Below are positions 6,985 through 10,178 of a stretch of DNA of 10,178 bases, piece after piece. The notes beneath the pieces were generated by a model. It was not told the origin of the DNA, did no database searches, and was given only the letters and a program-made list of their open reading frames with translations. Every line of letters begins with the position of its first letter. Positions within the stretch are counted from its first letter, which is position 1. The position numbers and the translations under genes are program-made. Source of the DNA: Deltaproteobacteria bacterium TL4 (GTDB taxonomy: Bacteria > SAR324 > NAC60-12); the NCBI GenBank assembly GCA_051382335.1, contig JBBCAX010000148.1, positions 1-10,178 on the forward strand. Reading direction: 5' to 3'.

Positions 6985-7740
6985 TCAGAAGGTTTTGGGC
7001 GTAAAGTTGGCGGGCGTTTCAAGAGAAAAGACTTCATCATGGATGGAGGCCAGATATAGACCCGATTGCAGCACGTCCTCTCTCACGGAAGACTCGGTAT
7101 CCACATAGACAACCATTCCCCGGATTGTTTTGTCGGAAAACTCCGGAAAAAACATCCGGAAGTTTTTCAGAATCTCCAGCGTTTGGTCCAAATCCCGTTG
7201 TTCCAGACGACTTTTGATTTCAATCACATACAACTCATTCACCGTCCCATTCGTATAGGCCACCGCGTCCACTTCCATATTCTTTCCCTCTTTTCTTTTG
7301 CGGAGACGGGTCAGAAAGGTATCCATCCCAAAGCGTTCTGTCATGATTTTCGAGATGGAGGGAAACGCCATTCCTTCGGTGAAGGAACCAAACTTGTTAT
7401 TCAAGCCTCCGATATTTTTTGACAATTCTTTGACAAGACGGTCCGTTTTAGCGAATTTTTCATTGAGCTGTCGGTCGGTTTCTTTGAGCTGTCGGTCGGT
7501 TTCCGCTGTTTTTTCCTTCAGCTCACGGCTGGTTTCTTTGAGCTGTCGGTCGGTTTCCGCTGTTTTTTCCTTCAGCTCACGGTCAGTTTCTTTGAGTTGT
7601 CGGTCGGTTTCCGCTGTTTTTTCCTTCATCTCACGGCTGGTTTCCTTGAGTTGTTGGTCAGTTTCTTTGAGCTGTCGGTCGGTTTCTTTTTGGGCGATTG
7701 CCAAGCTGGCAACCAGTTCTTTGAGTTCTTGATCGGTCAT
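6985..7740 (-). CDS. Coiled-coil repeat protein with C-terminal PD-(D/E)XK nuclease-like domain (DUF3782-like)
   Basis: KETDRQL repeats, IGGLNNKFGSFTEGMAFPS, MEVDAVA...VIEIKSRL, and GLYLASIHDEVF tail typical of this family. Confidence 0.88.
   Translation of the reverse strand: MTDQELKELVASLAIAQKETDRQLKETDQQLKETSREMKEKTAETDRQLKETDRELKEKTAETDRQLKETSRELKEKTAETDRQLKETDRQLNEKFAKTDRLVKELSKNIGGLNNKFGSFTEGMAFPSISKIMTERFGMDTFLTRLRKRKEGKNMEVDAVAYTNGTVNELYVIEIKSRLEQRDLDQTLEILKNFRMFFPEFSDKTIRGMVVYVDTESSVREDVLQSGLYLASIHDEVFSLETPANFTPKTF
7466..7689 (-). repeat. Intragenic coding repeats (21-bp and 54-bp periods)
   Basis: Three 54-bp units encoding EKTAETDRQLKETxRxL(K/N), plus 21-bp KETDRQL units. Confidence 0.85.
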
Positions 7741-7894
7741 AAGCCCTTTTCAGACAAGCGTTTTTTCAAGCGGGTGTTTTATTCCATTCTGACAAGAAAC
7801 TGGACGAAGAGCAAGCGGAATTTCAAAGCAGGGCATGGTTCAAATCAGGGTGACATCTTTTCTACTTCGTTCCCCTTCAAAGCATCGGAACGAG

Positions 7895-7999
7895 TATCGA
7901 GGTCCAAATAAATTTCTGCTGGGAGCGCAGGCGTCCCGCCTGCTTTTGCGGGCAAGATGCCTGCATTCCCAGGAAAGAACTTTTCTGGAGATCGCTACA
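7895..7999. mobile_element. Degenerate MITE-like element with GGAG-type REP doublet core
   Basis: Core CTGGGAGCGCAGGCGTCCCGCCTGC-TTTT-GCGGGCAAGATGCCTGCATTCCCAG (7919-7972), an inverted near-copy of 6035-6088. Right end AACTTTTCTGGAG resembles 455-558. Boundaries approximate. Confidence 0.65.
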
Positions 8000-8095
8000 A
8001 TCCGTTCTGTTACCTGAAAATGGACATTTTTGAACCATGCCCAAAGCAGACGCGGCTGGAGCCGCAGAGGAAAGGTTACAAGGCAAAGAGCAAAG

Positions 8096-8123
8096 CGTTC
8101 CCAAACTGGAGCTTGGGAACGAG
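8096..8123. repeat. CTCGTTCCCA-type REP-like hairpin
   Basis: CGTTCCCAAACTGGAGCTTGGGAACGAG, matching 3749-3775. Confidence 0.7.
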
Positions 8124-8149
8124 TTGAAACTTAAGGTAGGGTGCCGCTT

Positions 8150-8257
8150 TTGTAAGAAAGTGGTAGAAGGGGACTACGTGCCCCTCATTTTGCCGGGCAT
8201 GTAATCCCGGCCTACCAATTACTTTCATGCTTCGTTGTGAGACTTGTCTCATGGGGG
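8150..8257. mobile_element. 108-bp structured insert splitting a GTAG REP at its centre
   Basis: Left flank GTAGGGTGCCGCTT (8136-8149) and right flank TTAAGCGAAGCGAGCGCGCCAC (8258-8279) rejoin to the REP unit with TT duplicated. Confidence 0.7.
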
Positions 8258-8293
8258 TTAAGCGAAGCGAGCGCGCCACTTAAGGTAGGGTAA

Positions 8294-8386
8294 AAGTAGG
8301 GTGCCGCTTAAGCGAAGCGAGCGCACCAGAAAGTCACCGTCCCCTTATTTGTGGTGCGCTCGCTTCGCTTAAGCGGCACCCTACTT
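8294..8386. repeat. REP doublet (REPIN-like): perfect 35-bp inverted repeat with 23-bp spacer
   Basis: AAGTAGGGTGCCGCTTAAGCGAAGCGAGCGCACCA (8294-8328) and its exact reverse complement (8352-8386). Confidence 0.92.
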
Positions 8387-8550
8387 ATGCTTATCATCTA
8401 TTCTTGAAGAGTCACCTGGATGAGTTAATTGAAAATCTCTTCGATTTTTGTTGCGGTTATTATACGTTCCAACAAGAGTCCAATTTCTTCTAAACGACAC
8501 TGATTGAGTCGACTTTGATATAAATTATACGCTTGATCTCCAAACTTTTT

Positions 8551-8711
8551 CGAGCTGTGCAGGTGGTTTGAAAATTAACCACGAAAAACACGAAAAACAC
8601 GAAAGAAATGATTTTTTAATAAATGAATTCCTCCGTGAAACCCTATTTTGCAGGTTTTCTTTCGTGTTTTTAGTGTTTTTCGTGGTTTAAAAAAGGTACC
8701 TGCACAGCTCG
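8551..8711. mobile_element. MITE with perfect 14-bp TIR CGAGCTGTGCAGGT carrying an AACCACGAAA-type palindrome
   Basis: TIRs at 8551-8564 and 8698-8711. Inner IR 8577-8608 / 8656-8687 (31/32) built of 9-bp CACGAAAAA units. Another copy of the TIR at 6626-6639. No TSD. Confidence 0.85.
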
Positions 8712-8850
8712 AAAGATTTCAACAGTTGAACCGGTTCATGATGGACCAGCGCATACAGATTCACTTGCTGTTGATCCAGTTGATGCTTTTTACGATAATT
8801 GGACGCATGACCATATAATTCTTCTAAAGACACACCGATAAACGACTCCC

Positions 8851-8997
8851 GGCTTCAGGTCTAAAATGGGACAAGCGTAGGGTGTGTTAGCGAAGAATGA
8901 GCGTAACGCACCAAACTGATGTCATGTTTTCTGGTGCGTTACGCCTTGCGGCTAACGACACCCTACAATATGACTGTCCCGGCTTAGACCGGAAGCC
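8851..8997. mobile_element. 147-bp MITE, 23-bp TIR, 8-bp TSD, carrying a GTAG REP doublet
   Basis: TSD CGACTCCC at 8843-8850 and 8998-9005. TIRs GGCTTCAGGTCTAAAATGGGACA / GGCTTCCGGTCTAAGCCGGGACA. REPs at 8877-8913 and 8932-8966. Confidence 0.92.
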
Positions 8998-9147
8998 CGA
9001 CTCCCGGTGCGATTTAAACGAAATCAGATTATGGTCCTTCAACGGTTCAAAGGGGTGAAGGTATTCAGCGGGAAGAGTGTCCTGAGGGGAAGAGGAAGTC
9101 TTACGAACCACCGTCAAATCGATCAACTGCTTTTTGAACGATAAGTC

Positions 9148-9270
9148 GGGGTTGCCTCTAAGTTCGGCCATTTTGATGGTAGCCCTGGGTTTCGTCCCAG
9201 GGGATACTGCGCACATTGTTCCTCGGGGCGAAACCCGAGGCTACCCCTGGCCGAAGTTAGACCCAACCCC
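9148..9270. mobile_element. 123-bp MITE, 23-bp TIR, 8-bp TSD, carrying a different GTAG REP doublet
   Basis: TSD GATAAGTC at 9140-9147 and 9271-9278. TIRs GGGGTTGCCTCTAAGTTCGGCCA / GGGGTTGGGTCTAACTTCGGCCA. REPs at 9179-9202 and 9221-9244. Confidence 0.92.
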
Positions 9271-9444
9271 GATAAGTCAACCTCAACTTCTGTTTCATAG
9301 CCAAACCGCTCAAACATTGGTTGAAGTATCAAGCCCATCAAACGATGCCAATCTATTTTCTTGGTCAATTGAACTCCTGATCATGCTGCTGTTTGATACA
9401 CTATTTCTTGCCAGTTTCGCCTGACGCACTGGGTGCCCTTGTTG

Positions 9445-9696
9445 TCACAATTCGTTCGTATTTACCTTCTCAGAGTCTAAATATAGGGTATCCGGACAAA
9501 TATCCTGTTCGTGAGGCCACATTATGGTACCATCCCATGCTTTTACTTGTTTAAAATAGTTTTCGTCTTTCAATTCATTAAAAACACCAAAATCAAGTAG
9601 GCACGAACAGTCGTAAATTCCCTTTTCACCATTTGAAAAAATAAGTTCTAACTTATAATCAGCGATTGGTGTCACTACAGTCACTCTTGGATTCAT
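9445..9696 (-). CDS. DUF2442 domain protein (putative antitoxin, 83 aa)
   Basis: V..V.P..DYKL.L.FSNGE, GVFNELKDENYFKQV and GTIMWPHEQDICPDTLY pattern. Starts 2 bp downstream of the DUF4160 gene. Confidence 0.88.
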   Translation of the reverse strand: MNPRVTVVTPIADYKLELIFSNGEKGIYDCSCLLDFGVFNELKDENYFKQVKAWDGTIMWPHEQDICPDTLYLDSEKVNTNEL

Positions 9697-9698
9697 GG

Positions 9699-9968
9699 CT
9701 ACCTCAAAGGTTCAATTTTATAGGGCTGTTGTCCTGAAACAGCCAGGTCCCAATCGGCTACTAACTCATCTCTATGGATTTCAATCCATGCGTGAAGAAG
9801 TTTCATTTTTGGATTAGGGATATTTCCTTCCAGAATATCTCCTTCTGGAATTGAAAGGACTACTTCGTACTCTCGATATTTAGCATGAATGTGGGGAACG
9901 TTGTGCTGTTTATTGTCCTTAAAATACAAGTACACGATGATCCCATAAAACATTGAAATTGATGGCAT
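9699..9968 (-). CDS. DUF4160 domain protein (putative toxin, 89 aa)
   Basis: MPSISMFYGIIVYLYF...HNVPHIHAKY...WIEIHRDELVADW...KIEPLR. Start placed at ATG 9968, with GAGG RBS upstream, rather than 9995. Confidence 0.9.
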   Translation of the reverse strand: MPSISMFYGIIVYLYFKDNKQHNVPHIHAKYREYEVVLSIPEGDILEGNIPNPKMKLLHAWIEIHRDELVADWDLAVSGQQPYKIEPLR

Positions 9969-10178
9969 GATGACCTCATTTTTGTTTGGATACAACTTGT
10001 TACATTTTTTAACTATTCAAGGCTATAGTCATCGTTTCGCCAATGTCCCTTCGACTTGTATCTTGTTTTAATAACAAGGAATTAGTATTTTTGTTTAAGG
10101 AACCCAAGCGTTTTGGAGGAAAATAGATCGATTCGACTTAGTGATTCAATCACGTAGCGAAGCCTAGATCGTTTTCCT

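Larger units (their letters stand above)
8425..9368 (-). pseudogene. Conserved hypothetical gene (DWHRL...DLS.KKQ.ID...HNLISFKS..ES, PD-(D/E)XK/Rpn-like, DUF4351-like tail) fragmented by three MITEs
   Basis: AGGAG RBS and TTG 9368. Segments 9368-9271, 9139-8998 and 8842-8712 join in frame to 123 aa with no stops. 8550-8425 encodes KKFGDQAYNLYQSRLNQCRLEEIGLLLERIITATKIEEIFN*. Confidence 0.85.

Noticed and set aside
7066..7911. Plus-strand ORFs 7066..7422, 7298..7732 and 7597..7911
   Set aside because: Antisense to the repeat-rich coiled-coil gene, with low-complexity products.
8551..9270. Group I/II introns or DGR template in the split gene
   Set aside because: Inserts are only 123-161 bp with TIRs (two with TSDs). 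No intron terminal motifs, reverse transcriptase or adenine-specific repeat pair seen.
8887..9424. ORFs 8887..9216, 9123..9368 and 9134..9424 as independent genes
   Set aside because: The first two are chimeras of pseudogene fragments and MITE sequence. The third is antisense.

Overview
AT-rich bacterial chromosomal window with two distinct halves. The left half (590-5830) is a c-di-GMP/chemotaxis-flavoured neighbourhood: a hypothetical protein, a small YtxH-like membrane-anchored protein, a CheC-family phosphatase fused to four C-terminal MshEN-like motifs, a truncated homocysteine S-methyltransferase, a PilZ protein and a GAF + HD-GYP phosphodiesterase. The right half (5990-9370) is saturated with short non-autonomous mobile repeats around a coiled-coil/PD-(D/E)XK (DUF3782-like) gene. 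It holds a 43-bp tandem REP array, a REP split by a 108-bp insert, and a gene (8425-9368) broken by three different miniature elements, whose first 123 codons are restored in frame when two of them are removed with their 8-bp target duplications. A recurring architecture stands out: DDE-transposon-like terminal inverted repeat shells enclose palindromic REP-like doublets from unrelated families. A DUF4160/DUF2442 putative toxin-antitoxin pair closes the window. No transposase, RNA gene or CRISPR array is visible. All family calls come from motif recognition by eye, not from database searches.
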